DNA of 57,984 bases from Candidatus Bathyarchaeia archaeon (lineage in GTDB: Archaea > Thermoproteota > Bathyarchaeia > Bathyarchaeales > Bathycorpusculaceae). Made by a program: the position numbers and the translations under genes. Under the pieces are notes generated by a model, which did no database searches, had not been told where the DNA came from, and worked only from the letters and a program-made list of their open reading frames with translations. The first letter of the stretch is position 1. Every line of letters begins with the position of its first letter. The stretch spans positions 1 to 57,984 of the forward strand of contig JBMFOB010000007.1 in assembly GCA_049969855.1 (NCBI GenBank), given 5' to 3'. Positions 26,241 to 35,146 of the stretch are shown piece after piece.

Positions 26241-28037
26241 TTACAAGATGTTGGATGGATAACGGTCATATTGTAATTCGTAAAGTTTTTTTAATTTTTC
26301 AATGCTGTCAGTCTCATTAACTGTTTTATCTGTTCTGAACCTAACTATTTTTGGCACTCTTAAGGCAAATCCGCTTGTGTACTCGTCTGTTTCTTGAATT
26401 TCTTGGTATGTGACTTCCGCAACTAATGAAGGCTTTACAAAAACTCCTTCCTCATCTTCGCCTGTTTTAGTATTTTCAACTATTGTTCTTATGGCATCCA
26501 TGGCTTCTTCTGGTAGGTTTGAAACTTTGCCAATTGTGTAAAGTTTCTTTTCCGTTGGGTCGCGGATGGCAAGCAGAAATGATGAGTATAGCCCTGCGCG
26601 TTTGCCTTTTCCGTAGAGGGCTTTTACTATTGTGCAGTCTATCGTGTCGCGTTCTGGTTTCAGTTTAAGCCATGTGTATGTGCGTTGTCCAATTTCATAG
26701 GGTGCATTCAAGTTTTTTACAACTATTCCCTCAAACTTTTTCTTTAAGGCTTCCTCATAGAAGCGCATAAGCTCCACATCACTTTGGCAGTCCACACCAT
26801 CCACAATGTATTCAGCTGGGACAACTTCTAAGAGGTATTTTCGCCTGCTTGAAAGGGGTAGGCTGACGAGTTCTTGACCGTTTAGGAATAGTATGTCAAA
26901 AGCCTTTATTGTAACCCTAACCTTTCTTTTTCTCTCTTCCAATTCTTGTGGTGTAAGTTCTCTTGGAACTGTTCTTTCAAGCAACGTCTGAAATGGAAGT
27001 GGATTCCCAGAATCATCTGTGGCTATTACTTCGCTGTCAACAATACAGCTTTGCGCCTTGAAATTTTCAGCTATTTGCACTATTTCCGGTAGCGTTTGGG
27101 ATTTTTCAACGCCTCTTCTTGAGTAAAGCCAAATTTGGGTGCCCCACTTATGGATTTGAAGTCTGCTCCCATCCAATTTGTACTCTGCTCTAGCTGGATA
27201 AACCACTTTGTCGGGCTCGTAAAGGTGGGCAAGTTGGGGTTTTATGAACTGACCTGGACGCATTTTAACCTCTGAAAGTTTGAGCATGCCTTCCGATGCC
27301 ATCGTCATGGCTTCTGGTAAGCCCAGTATGGCTGAGGCGTTTTCGATTAGTTGGGGCGGTACTTCATAGGCTTTTGCCACGGCTCTAACAACTGTGCTGG
27401 CGTAATAGCCAAGTTTTAAGTCTCCCAGTAAAAGTCTGACCATGTATTTTGCTTCTACTGGTGTGCTTACCCGCAGAAGGCTTGAAATGTATAGTTCGCG
27501 TTCCATAATTCTTTCAAGTTTTGGCAAAAACTTAATGGCTTCATAAACTTCTCCAACAGTCAATTCTTGATTTTTAGGCTTTTTGAGTAAATAAGCGACT
27601 TCGCCGTGTTCTCCATAATCTATCAAAAGTTTCCTAACATCACTTATTGGAGTATCAGTGGCTAGGCTTATGCTTCTTTCAATTAAGCCAGGTCCAATCT
27701 TCAGATTCTCTTCTGTTATTATTCCCAAGGCGAATCGGGCTTTAATTCCTAATGGCAGGTCTTGATTTTGGAAGAATTTTGTCAGCTCCGTTTCTTTTCC
27801 CTTCTTTCCACGCAAGACTGCAAGGCGCTCGTAAACTTCAACGATTTTTGAAAATGGCGTTTCTATTTTTGGTTCTATTCCTTCCATGTAAAGGCGTATG
27901 CGATGGTATGGTATTCCAATTTTCCACGTTATCTCTTCTGGCGAAAATCCAGTTTCTATTAAGCGAAGCACCGCTTCTCGCTGAGAGCCATAAGCCTTAA
28001 CAAGTTCTTCAAAGGATGGTGGTTTAACTATTGACAT
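26241..28037 (-). CDS. lig: ATP-dependent DNA ligase (DBD-AdD-OB) with extra N-terminal HTH
   Basis: Motif I EYKLDGSR, III VDSE, IIIa FDILF, IV EGIVVK, V WLKLK, VI LRVPKIVRFRTDK. About 55 extra N-terminal residues with an HTH pattern. Confidence 0.9.
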   Translation of the reverse strand: MSIVKPPSFEELVKAYGSQREAVLRLIETGFSPEEITWKIGIPYHRIRLYMEGIEPKIETPFSKIVEVYERLAVLRGKKGKETELTKFFQNQDLPLGIKARFALGIITEENLKIGPGLIERSISLATDTPISDVRKLLIDYGEHGEVAYLLKKPKNQELTVGEVYEAIKFLPKLERIMERELYISSLLRVSTPVEAKYMVRLLLGDLKLGYYASTVVRAVAKAYEVPPQLIENASAILGLPEAMTMASEGMLKLSEVKMRPGQFIKPQLAHLYEPDKVVYPARAEYKLDGSRLQIHKWGTQIWLYSRRGVEKSQTLPEIVQIAENFKAQSCIVDSEVIATDDSGNPLPFQTLLERTVPRELTPQELEERKRKVRVTIKAFDILFLNGQELVSLPLSSRRKYLLEVVPAEYIVDGVDCQSDVELMRFYEEALKKKFEGIVVKNLNAPYEIGQRTYTWLKLKPERDTIDCTIVKALYGKGKRAGLYSSFLLAIRDPTEKKLYTIGKVSNLPEEAMDAIRTIVENTKTGEDEEGVFVKPSLVAEVTYQEIQETDEYTSGFALRVPKIVRFRTDKTVNETDSIEKLKKLYELQYDRYPSNIL

Positions 28038-28046
28038 TTTGCCATT

Positions 28047-29285
28047 TCACTGTTGTTTTGTTCCTTCAGCCTTCGGTATTGGTTCTAATGCTCTTAGAAA
28101 GCCGTCGGATGTTATGTCAACCCTAATTCTTCTTCTTTCGAAGTTGCACATTCTGCAGTCTAAAACTCTGGAAATGCGCACGAATTCGCCTCGGTTAACG
28201 GCTAAGTCAACCTGCTGGTCCTGCCAATACACACGCCCGTAATCTACTAATATTGTTCCGTCTAGGTTGTGAGCTAAGCCTATTCCACCCGCCATGTCAT
28301 AGCTGTCCCAAACTTCTGAACTTCGCTGGTTAACATATAGCGCTGTTATGCCGTGAACTTGGTTGTATCTGGCTAGTTCCATGACACGATATTTTAATGC
28401 TCCACGATAGGCTTCGAGAACAGTTACGGAATCAATTATGGCTAGTTCAATTTTCTCCGTTTCTGCAACATAACGATATGTTTCTGCGAAGGTGCTCCAG
28501 TCACGAAGTTCAGGATAAGCCACAGTGTCAAGCACAAAAAGGTTTTCGCGGATTTTGTCCCAATCTAAACCCAAAATTTCAGCTTTCTGTTTAAGGCGTG
28601 ATTGCAAGTCAAAGCGTGGGGTTGCGCTTTTCCAAGTGTCTTCTGCTGTTGCGTAAAGCACTTTTCTCCCAGACGCTGCAACTCTCACGGCTATTTCTTC
28701 CACAAGAATTGATTTTCCAGCGCCCGGCAAGCCTGTTATGGCGAATTGTCCACATATTGGCAATCCGTTGAGAGATTTTCCTTCAGGCGTTAAGAAGAAA
28801 TAGTCTATGTATGTTCCTGTTGGAAATCCTATTAAGGGTTTTTTGGCTTCAACAGCCTCATCTGGTCTTAATACGAGAGAGCTTAGTTTTTCCTCTTTCC
28901 TTTCGATTTTTGTTGTCATTGGTTTTGTTGCCAATTCCCACTCGTCTGGTGGAACTTGGGCGCCTTTCATTGCTTCTGCTATGGTTTTCGCCATGGCTTT
29001 CATAAGCTTTTCAACTTCTGGCATGGCAGTTTCCCTTTCTGCTGTTGATGGTTGTGTGGGAGAAGGAACCGCTGCAGCTTTTTCTTTAGGCTTAACTTCC
29101 TCAATAATTAGTGTCCAGAGTTCGCCGCGGCGTTCTACGATACCTTTAGTTTTTAAGGATTGCAAAAGAGCGTAAGCAGAGTTTGGTCCATACTTTGGTA
29201 TACCCAAATCTTCTGCAATATCGTTCAGAGATGCCTTACCATCATGAACTTTGAGAAATTCTATTACGTCATTTTCTTCAACCAT
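28047..29285 (-). CDS. KaiC/RecA-superfamily ATPase (AF_0795-like) with N-terminal winged HTH
   Basis: GLPGAGKS Walker A, IIDSV Walker B, NQR, AGG.G.AH..DGT and DCRMC motifs; N-terminal wHTH and low-complexity linker. Confidence 0.82.
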   Translation of the reverse strand: MVEENDVIEFLKVHDGKASLNDIAEDLGIPKYGPNSAYALLQSLKTKGIVERRGELWTLIIEEVKPKEKAAAVPSPTQPSTAERETAMPEVEKLMKAMAKTIAEAMKGAQVPPDEWELATKPMTTKIERKEEKLSSLVLRPDEAVEAKKPLIGFPTGTYIDYFFLTPEGKSLNGLPICGQFAITGLPGAGKSILVEEIAVRVAASGRKVLYATAEDTWKSATPRFDLQSRLKQKAEILGLDWDKIRENLFVLDTVAYPELRDWSTFAETYRYVAETEKIELAIIDSVTVLEAYRGALKYRVMELARYNQVHGITALYVNQRSSEVWDSYDMAGGIGLAHNLDGTILVDYGRVYWQDQQVDLAVNRGEFVRISRVLDCRMCNFERRRIRVDITSDGFLRALEPIPKAEGTKQQ

Positions 29286-29333
29286 AAGACTCCCAAAATT
29301 AAATGCAACTTGAAAACTATAAAGTTCACGCTT

Positions 29334-30017
29334 TTAACGCCTAACTCGTTTGTTTTCAAGTTCCACTTTTGTGATTAGCAAATAGCCGCTTTGGTTTTTC
29401 CAAACTTTTTCTGCCGCAATAACCTTTATTCTTTTCTTGAAGAATGGTGCGTCAAGCAGGAGGGTTTCGTATTCTCCTCCCTCGCCAACAACTGAAACGC
29501 CATATTGCCTATTCAATTCCTTTAGGGCTTCTATGGTTTCTTCATCAATTTTTCTTCCAAGCCACTCTTTGTTAAAGCCAAGGGCGTAAACTCCAGTTAT
29601 GATGACATGAAATTTGAGATTCACGAGTTCCTCTAAAATTTCTATGGGATTTTTTTGCCAAAGAGGCGTTAAACATTTTAGTCCCAACTCTTCACAGATT
29701 TTTTCAATTCTCGTTTTTTGGTAATTGGAGGCTATTGCTCCTGAAACTACTGCGTCAACATCAATTTTTTCAATCACTCTTTTCAGGTCTTCGACTTCTC
29801 TTTCTTTAACCCCTAACGTTTCAGCCTTTACAAGTGGAATTCCCACAGCTTCTGAAAATAGGTCTACCAAGCGGATGTTTGGATAGTGGAACATCCAACT
29901 GTCTTCTCTTAATGGAATCATACTCACTAAACACTTCACTTCATGGCCTTCATCCAATACCTTTTGAAGTGCTAAGGTGGAGTCCTTTCCGCCAGTGGCT
30001 AAAACTGCAACTTGCAT
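29334..30017 (-). CDS. dph6: Diphthine--ammonia ligase (Dph6-like PP-loop ATPase)
   Basis: TGGKDS, SWMFH, GAIASNYQ..R, PLW and GEGGEYET motifs. Confidence 0.88.
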   Translation of the reverse strand: MQVAVLATGGKDSTLALQKVLDEGHEVKCLVSMIPLREDSWMFHYPNIRLVDLFSEAVGIPLVKAETLGVKEREVEDLKRVIEKIDVDAVVSGAIASNYQKTRIEKICEELGLKCLTPLWQKNPIEILEELVNLKFHVIITGVYALGFNKEWLGRKIDEETIEALKELNRQYGVSVVGEGGEYETLLLDAPFFKKRIKVIAAEKVWKNQSGYLLITKVELENKRVRR

Positions 30018-30031
30018 ACTAGCCCAGCGTT

Positions 30032-31393
30032 TTACTCCATGAGTTTAGATTTAGCCTCATTGAACAAGGCTTCTGTTTTCATTTGCCATTCTTTGAAGTT
30101 TTCCGGCGTTTCTGGATAATCTTGATAGTGGGTTTTGACTTGTTTCATAAAGTTAACTGTAAGTCTGAGCTTATTTAGGAAACGTATTCTCTTCAATCCT
30201 CTGAAAACACGCTTAGCGGTTTCGGTTATTTTAAGGTGGAAATCCTCGCCTAAACCTGCCTTCAAAACATCCTCTTCCGTCAACAGTTTATATTTCATTC
30301 CATAGCTTAGATCCTCATCATGAGAAGTTAAAAGAAGTATACGGAAAACGTCCAGTCCAGCCTGCTTTGTCCCGTAATTCTTCATATACTCAAGGTTGTA
30401 TGACCATAAGGACTTTTGGTTAGCATCACCCTTTTCCAAGGCTTTTGTTATTGTTTTTCCAGCCAAGTAACCGCTTAGCATTGACGGGCCTATTCCGCCG
30501 CCGTGGATTGGGTTTACGAGGCATGCTGCGTCGCCTGTTATGGCAACTCCATTTCCAACCATGTTGTCTAAGGGTCTGCGTGTTGGGTCATACCATGCGC
30601 CTCCATTTAGAAGCAAAGAGCCGTCAAAAAGTGGTTTTGTTAAAACATGTTTGTAAAATTGGTTTTTTGGGTTTGGAAACTTGTCTCTCATGCAAACTCC
30701 AAGTCCAGCGTTAACTTTTGCGCTGCTTTTGTAGAAAATCCATGTGTAGCCGCCTGGAGTTACCTTTTGGTTTAGGTAGATTTCGCAGTAATTCACTTCG
30801 TCAGTTTCTTGTTTGAGCTGTCTTATTTCTCTGTAGCAAGCTTCCACATCTTCGTTTGCAACTTCATTTTCTATTCCCATTTCTTTTGGAAGCTTCCGCC
30901 TAACTACACCAACAAAACCGCTTGCGTCAACAACTGCTTTCCCTCTTAACTCGATTTTCCTGCCAGTCTTCAAGTCCTTAGCTAAAACTCCAGCTACAAA
31001 ATTCTTCTCAATTATCGGTTCCAAACACTGGGTTGAATCTAAAAGGACGGCGCCTTTATCAAGAGCCTTTTTTAAAAGCCATTGTCCAAAGAGCCGCCTG
31101 TTTAATAAGTAACCAACAAAATCCTCATGTCTAACTGTGAAGATGGTTTCCAAATCTGGCGAATAAATTTTAATGCCCTCTATCTTCTTCTCCAGTTCGC
31201 CGCTCTGAGGCTTTTCTAAACCCACACTTTTCAAATGGTGTTCTCCAAGGGCGTCTCCACATATTTTCTCTCCAATCTCCTCTCTTCTCTTTCTTTCCAT
31301 TAAACAAACCTTTAAGCCAGCTTCAGCAGTCGTTTTTGCAGCTAAACATCCAGCTGTACCAGCACCAACAACAATTACGTCAAATTTTTCCAA
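30032..31393 (-). CDS. Digeranylgeranylglycerophospholipid reductase (GGR family)
   Basis: GAGTAG FAD motif, KICGDAL, PGGYTWIF, GDAA..VNPIHGGGI. TTG start at 31393 after GGAG preferred. Confidence 0.9.
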   Translation of the reverse strand: MEKFDVIVVGAGTAGCLAAKTTAEAGLKVCLMERKRREEIGEKICGDALGEHHLKSVGLEKPQSGELEKKIEGIKIYSPDLETIFTVRHEDFVGYLLNRRLFGQWLLKKALDKGAVLLDSTQCLEPIIEKNFVAGVLAKDLKTGRKIELRGKAVVDASGFVGVVRRKLPKEMGIENEVANEDVEACYREIRQLKQETDEVNYCEIYLNQKVTPGGYTWIFYKSSAKVNAGLGVCMRDKFPNPKNQFYKHVLTKPLFDGSLLLNGGAWYDPTRRPLDNMVGNGVAITGDAACLVNPIHGGGIGPSMLSGYLAGKTITKALEKGDANQKSLWSYNLEYMKNYGTKQAGLDVFRILLLTSHDEDLSYGMKYKLLTEEDVLKAGLGEDFHLKITETAKRVFRGLKRIRFLNKLRLTVNFMKQVKTHYQDYPETPENFKEWQMKTEALFNEAKSKLME

Positions 31394-31504
31394 GGTCTTC
31401 CATCTCCTTGGATTAGATATACTTTCTATACCTTGTTGTATAAGTAAACCTTTATAAATCCTAAGTAAGCCATCCAAAAATGACCAAGGATCATTTTTCG
31501 CTTT

Positions 31505-32041
31505 TTATTTGCGTTGTTTTATTCCTTCTAAGATATGATTTTTACTTGTTTTCTTCCTTAACACTATTGGTATTTCTGTTGTTTCTTTACAAGTTTCAAA
31601 AACCATACAAGTCAAAGTTTTCTCTATACCCCTAACAAGCCTTAACCTATCAATGACAAACTTTCCTATCACATCAACATTTTCAGCTTTAAGTTTTATC
31701 AGTAGGTCCCAGTCTCCAGTTATTATGTGAACTTCTTGAACTTCTGGAAACTTTGCTATTTCATTGGCGATTTCTCTCTGTGAAATCAGCGTGGCATTGT
31801 CTTTTGTTCTGTAGGAAACTGATGCTAGAATGAAGGCTGTTGTTCCGCTATTAAGCTTCTGCGCATTCAGAATCGCTCTATAACTTTTTATTATACCCAT
31901 CTCTTCCATGCGTTTTATTTTTGCAAAAACAGTTGTAATAGGCGAATCTATTTTTCTTGCAATTTCTCTAGCGGTAAGCTTACAATCACTTTGAATTAAC
32001 GAGAGAATAGCCAAATCTTTCTCATCAAGTTTCTGTTCCAT
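31505..32041 (-). CDS. Lrp/AsnC family transcriptional regulator
   Basis: LDEKDLAIL, EIARKI..P.TTV...IKRMEE.GII, EVHIITGDWD. ATG at 32041. Confidence 0.93.
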   Translation of the reverse strand: MEQKLDEKDLAILSLIQSDCKLTAREIARKIDSPITTVFAKIKRMEEMGIIKSYRAILNAQKLNSGTTAFILASVSYRTKDNATLISQREIANEIAKFPEVQEVHIITGDWDLLIKLKAENVDVIGKFVIDRLRLVRGIEKTLTCMVFETCKETTEIPIVLRKKTSKNHILEGIKQRK

Positions 32042-32043
32042 AA

Positions 32044-32098
32044 TTGTAATTATTACAAAAATATAATATAAAAACTTAACTTTATGGAAAAATTGCAA
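32044..32098. promoter_or_regulatory. Putative Lrp operator boxes
   Basis: TTGTAATTATTACAA (32044-32058) has perfect 7-bp arms; degenerate ATGGAAAAATTGCAA at 32084-32098. Both resemble the archaeal Lrp TTGYAW5TRCAA-type box. Confidence 0.55.
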
Positions 32099-32185
32099 CA
32101 TTTTTTATAAAAAGTTTATAATAGTAACCTACAATTTGAATCTGCTTAGAAAACTCTATAATGTTAAGGTTCAAGGGGCGAGCAC

Positions 32186-33178
32186 ATGGCAAAGAGACAA
32201 AAGCTTCTAACAGTAGCCGAAGAAAAGCTCATGGAAATTCCAAAGCCTTTGGAGCAACTCTCCAAAAGCGAATTGCAAAGAAAACAGTGTATCGGCAAAG
32301 TGTTAACGCATGTCCTGAAATATCTTACCAAGGAATTTGTGAAAGATGGATTTGAATGGCTGTTGCCAGTGATATTTTCCAAATCAACAGACCCTTTATG
32401 GCCAGATCCCGAAGCCTCGATTGACAAACGTGTCGAAATTGAAATTTATGGAGAAACGGTTAGGGCAAATTTGAGTATGATAGTTCAAAAAATGGTTGCG
32501 TCCTCTCTGGTTCATCCTAAATTGTTCACACTATCCCCGAACATAAGAATAGAAAAAGCGGAAAGGGCAAACAGCGGGATTCATGCATACGAGTTCACAC
32601 AATTGGACTTTGAAATGAGAGATGCTAAATCAGATGATGTTAGATGTTTTGTTGAAAGAGTATTAGTTGGATTGCTGCAGCATTTAAGGGCTAATATGCG
32701 AGATGAGTTAAAGTATCTCCATAGATACAACGGCTTGACGGTTCCAGAAACACCCTTCAAAGTTTATGACAGAAGAGAACTTGAAAAAAGCTATGGTCAT
32801 GCATGTGAAAAATGGCTATTAAATGAGATCAACCATCCAGTTTGGATAACGAACATTCCAAGAGAATTCTATGACTTTGAAGACTTTGAAAGTGGCATAT
32901 GGGACAATTACGATTTGCTGCTTCCAAAATATGGAGAAGTATTATCTGGTGGCAGAAGAGAATGGGAATACGAAAAAATAATCAAGAAAATGGGAAGAGA
33001 CAAAGTTAAAAAAGAAAACTATAAAATACTACTGCAACTGGCTAAAGAGGGAAGACTTAAACCGTCAGCTGGCGCTGGGATAGGAATCGAAAGGCTGGTT
33101 GCATGGATAGTGGGGGCAAGGCATATAGGGGAAACCCAGCCGTTTCCAAGAATTCCCGGTCTAGTCTACGATTTGTAA
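32186..33178 (+). CDS. asnA: Archaeal asparagine synthetase A (AS-AR, AsnRS catalytic-core paralog)
   Basis: No anticodon-binding domain; STDPLWPD, SPNIRIE, HAYEFTQLDFE, REFYD, GEVLSGGRRE and SAGAGIGIERL motifs. Confidence 0.88.
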   Translation: MAKRQKLLTVAEEKLMEIPKPLEQLSKSELQRKQCIGKVLTHVLKYLTKEFVKDGFEWLLPVIFSKSTDPLWPDPEASIDKRVEIEIYGETVRANLSMIVQKMVASSLVHPKLFTLSPNIRIEKAERANSGIHAYEFTQLDFEMRDAKSDDVRCFVERVLVGLLQHLRANMRDELKYLHRYNGLTVPETPFKVYDRRELEKSYGHACEKWLLNEINHPVWITNIPREFYDFEDFESGIWDNYDLLLPKYGEVLSGGRREWEYEKIIKKMGRDKVKKENYKILLQLAKEGRLKPSAGAGIGIERLVAWIVGARHIGETQPFPRIPGLVYDL

Positions 33179-33290
33179 ATAGTGCTGAATGTGTAAATGT
33201 TAAACTGAATTTTGCATTCATATTACTGATTCATAATCGTTAATTATATTCTTGGCTAACCATGCCTTTCATTGGAAAAGGTGCATTAAA

Positions 33291-33539
33291 ATGATGAAGA
33301 AAACAGCTGCGAAGAAAGATGTGGTTTACACGGTTGATTTGACAAAAATTGATGGTGATGGAGCTTTCCCATGTCCCAAATGCGGAACCATAATATCTCC
33401 AGACGATGAAACTGAGGAGGTCTACCAAATTCTGGAAACTAGGGTTAAGGGTGACGAGCTGGCAGAACTGGTTTTAATGTGTAACAAGTGTAAAAGCACC
33501 ATTAGGCTTGTAGGCTTTCTATCACAGTCAGAAAGCTAA
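33291..33539 (+). CDS. Small C4 zinc-ribbon protein
   Basis: CPKCG...CNKC; SD AAGGTG before the ATG at 33291. Confidence 0.75.
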   Translation: MMKKTAAKKDVVYTVDLTKIDGDGAFPCPKCGTIISPDDETEEVYQILETRVKGDELAELVLMCNKCKSTIRLVGFLSQSES

Positions 33540-33548
33540 AATGGGCTA

Positions 33549-33770
33549 TTACTTTTCTTCAAACCTTCTGCTTATCAGGACAAAAACTAACCATAAGATG
33601 ACGCCATAGAAAACGCCATTAAAAACTGCGCTTAAAAATTCAGAGTATTTGCTTATGCTTCCTCCAATTAATGCACAAAAGAAGTTTCCAGGAAACATCG
33701 GCGAAGGAATCAGCAGCGACGCTGCCGTGAAAAGTAAGAAAAATGCTGTCAAGATTGCTAATCCCCTCAT
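33549..33770 (-). CDS. Small 2-TM membrane protein
   Basis: Two hydrophobic helices and a charged C-terminus. Confidence 0.65.
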   Translation of the reverse strand: MRGLAILTAFFLLFTAASLLIPSPMFPGNFFCALIGGSISKYSEFLSAVFNGVFYGVILWLVFVLISRRFEEK

Positions 33771-33895
33771 TGCAATTTTCCCCTTTACACTTTATGGTTG
33801 GGTTTGGATAGGTCTCTCTTCGAGAATATCGAATATAGCAATATTTAATAAACATTACTGTCTACCCGCACAACAAAAATACAAAACAAACATTC

Positions 33896-35008
33896 CTAGA
33901 AAATCCAAATAGGAAACGAACACAAAACAAAAATCGCCACAAGAAGAACTGTCAAAAGCTTTCTGCTTAAAGATAAACTGGAAACATCATCCAATGGACC
34001 GGGATGCCTATACATAGACATGAAAAGCACAAAGAAAGCCATTGGCCAAAATCCTTCAAAAATCAACAACAAAATTGACAACAAAGTTAGAATGCTTCTT
34101 GTTTTTTCGCCGACCATAGATCTGGCTACGTGACCACCATCAAGCATGGCTGCGGGCAAAAGGTTAAGCATAGTAACTACCATGCCAACCCATCCAGCCA
34201 AAGCGATGGGATGCACTAGCAAGATTTCTTTTTGAGAAGTTTGAGGTATGAGTCCAAAATTGGACAAAAATCGGTAAAGTAGAATAAAAAGAATTGTTGG
34301 TGGTAATTCGCTTACACTCTCCGATGGAGGTGATGGAATCGACAATGTTAACCCTAAAGAAGTCACAATAGTGGCTATTATGAAACCTATAATTGGACCA
34401 CTTGAGCCTACGTCAAAAAGGGAATCCTTGTTAGGAGGAAGGGACTTCTGCATTATGACCGCCCCAAAGGTCCCAATCCCGAAAATACCAAAAATTGGAG
34501 GTGGACCAGGTATGAAATATGGAGGTGTCGCCTTTACATCCCTCTTGTCCGCTGTCAATTTATGTCCCATCTCATGGGAACCAAGTACGGACATTATTGC
34601 AACCGTAAAAGCTGTACCTCCAATTAATGGATTAATTACGGGTCCAGCCAACTCAGTAATCCCTTGGGAAAGAATGTAACCAGTCAGGAATGTTGTTGCT
34701 ATAGTTGCGAAAAACAGTATCCAATTCACCATAACATTGCTTGGCTTTACTGGCGGTTTTGGAATGACCCTTAGAACTATTCTTCCGTTCACTCTTCGTA
34801 GAATTGCTATCAAATTTAGTGGTTCCAAGTTTTTCAGCAGTTTTAGAAAGGCTTGTTTTGTTTCTTGAGGATGTTTCAGATAGTATGTTGGAATGTTGTG
34901 TTCTATGAGGGCTTCTTCTATTTGAAATTCTGCGGAAACAGTTTTGGTTATTTCTTCAAAGTTTGTTTGGGTTATTTGTGTTTCGCCTTCGGTTGGTATT
35001 TCGCTCAT
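33896..35008 (-). CDS. Site-2 protease (M50 intramembrane Zn metalloprotease)
   Basis: HEMGH, PYFIP, GTFGAVI, GP..G and NLLPAAMLDGG motifs. Confidence 0.93.
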   Translation of the reverse strand: MSEIPTEGETQITQTNFEEITKTVSAEFQIEEALIEHNIPTYYLKHPQETKQAFLKLLKNLEPLNLIAILRRVNGRIVLRVIPKPPVKPSNVMVNWILFFATIATTFLTGYILSQGITELAGPVINPLIGGTAFTVAIMSVLGSHEMGHKLTADKRDVKATPPYFIPGPPPIFGIFGIGTFGAVIMQKSLPPNKDSLFDVGSSGPIIGFIIATIVTSLGLTLSIPSPPSESVSELPPTILFILLYRFLSNFGLIPQTSQKEILLVHPIALAGWVGMVVTMLNLLPAAMLDGGHVARSMVGEKTRSILTLLSILLLIFEGFWPMAFFVLFMSMYRHPGPLDDVSSLSLSRKLLTVLLVAIFVLCSFPIWIF

Positions 35009-35146
35009 TTTAATTTCCTTTCGGGTTTTGTTGCTGTATTAGGATGCGTGGAAGTAGAAAAGTTTATTGGATTCCATGTTGTTCTTGTTCGGAATCTGAA
35101 CTCCTAAAAACTTTTTAATAATTGTTTAAAGACAAAAAACCCTACC

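Noticed and set aside
4409-29285. Inteins in RadA, Lhr, DNA ligase or KaiC
   Set aside because: Lengths are normal, motifs are contiguous, and no intein termini or LAGLIDADG blocks were seen.
28047-29285. Circadian clock KaiC
   Set aside because: Single ATPase domain and no kaiA/kaiB nearby; it fits the archaeal single-domain KaiC-like families.
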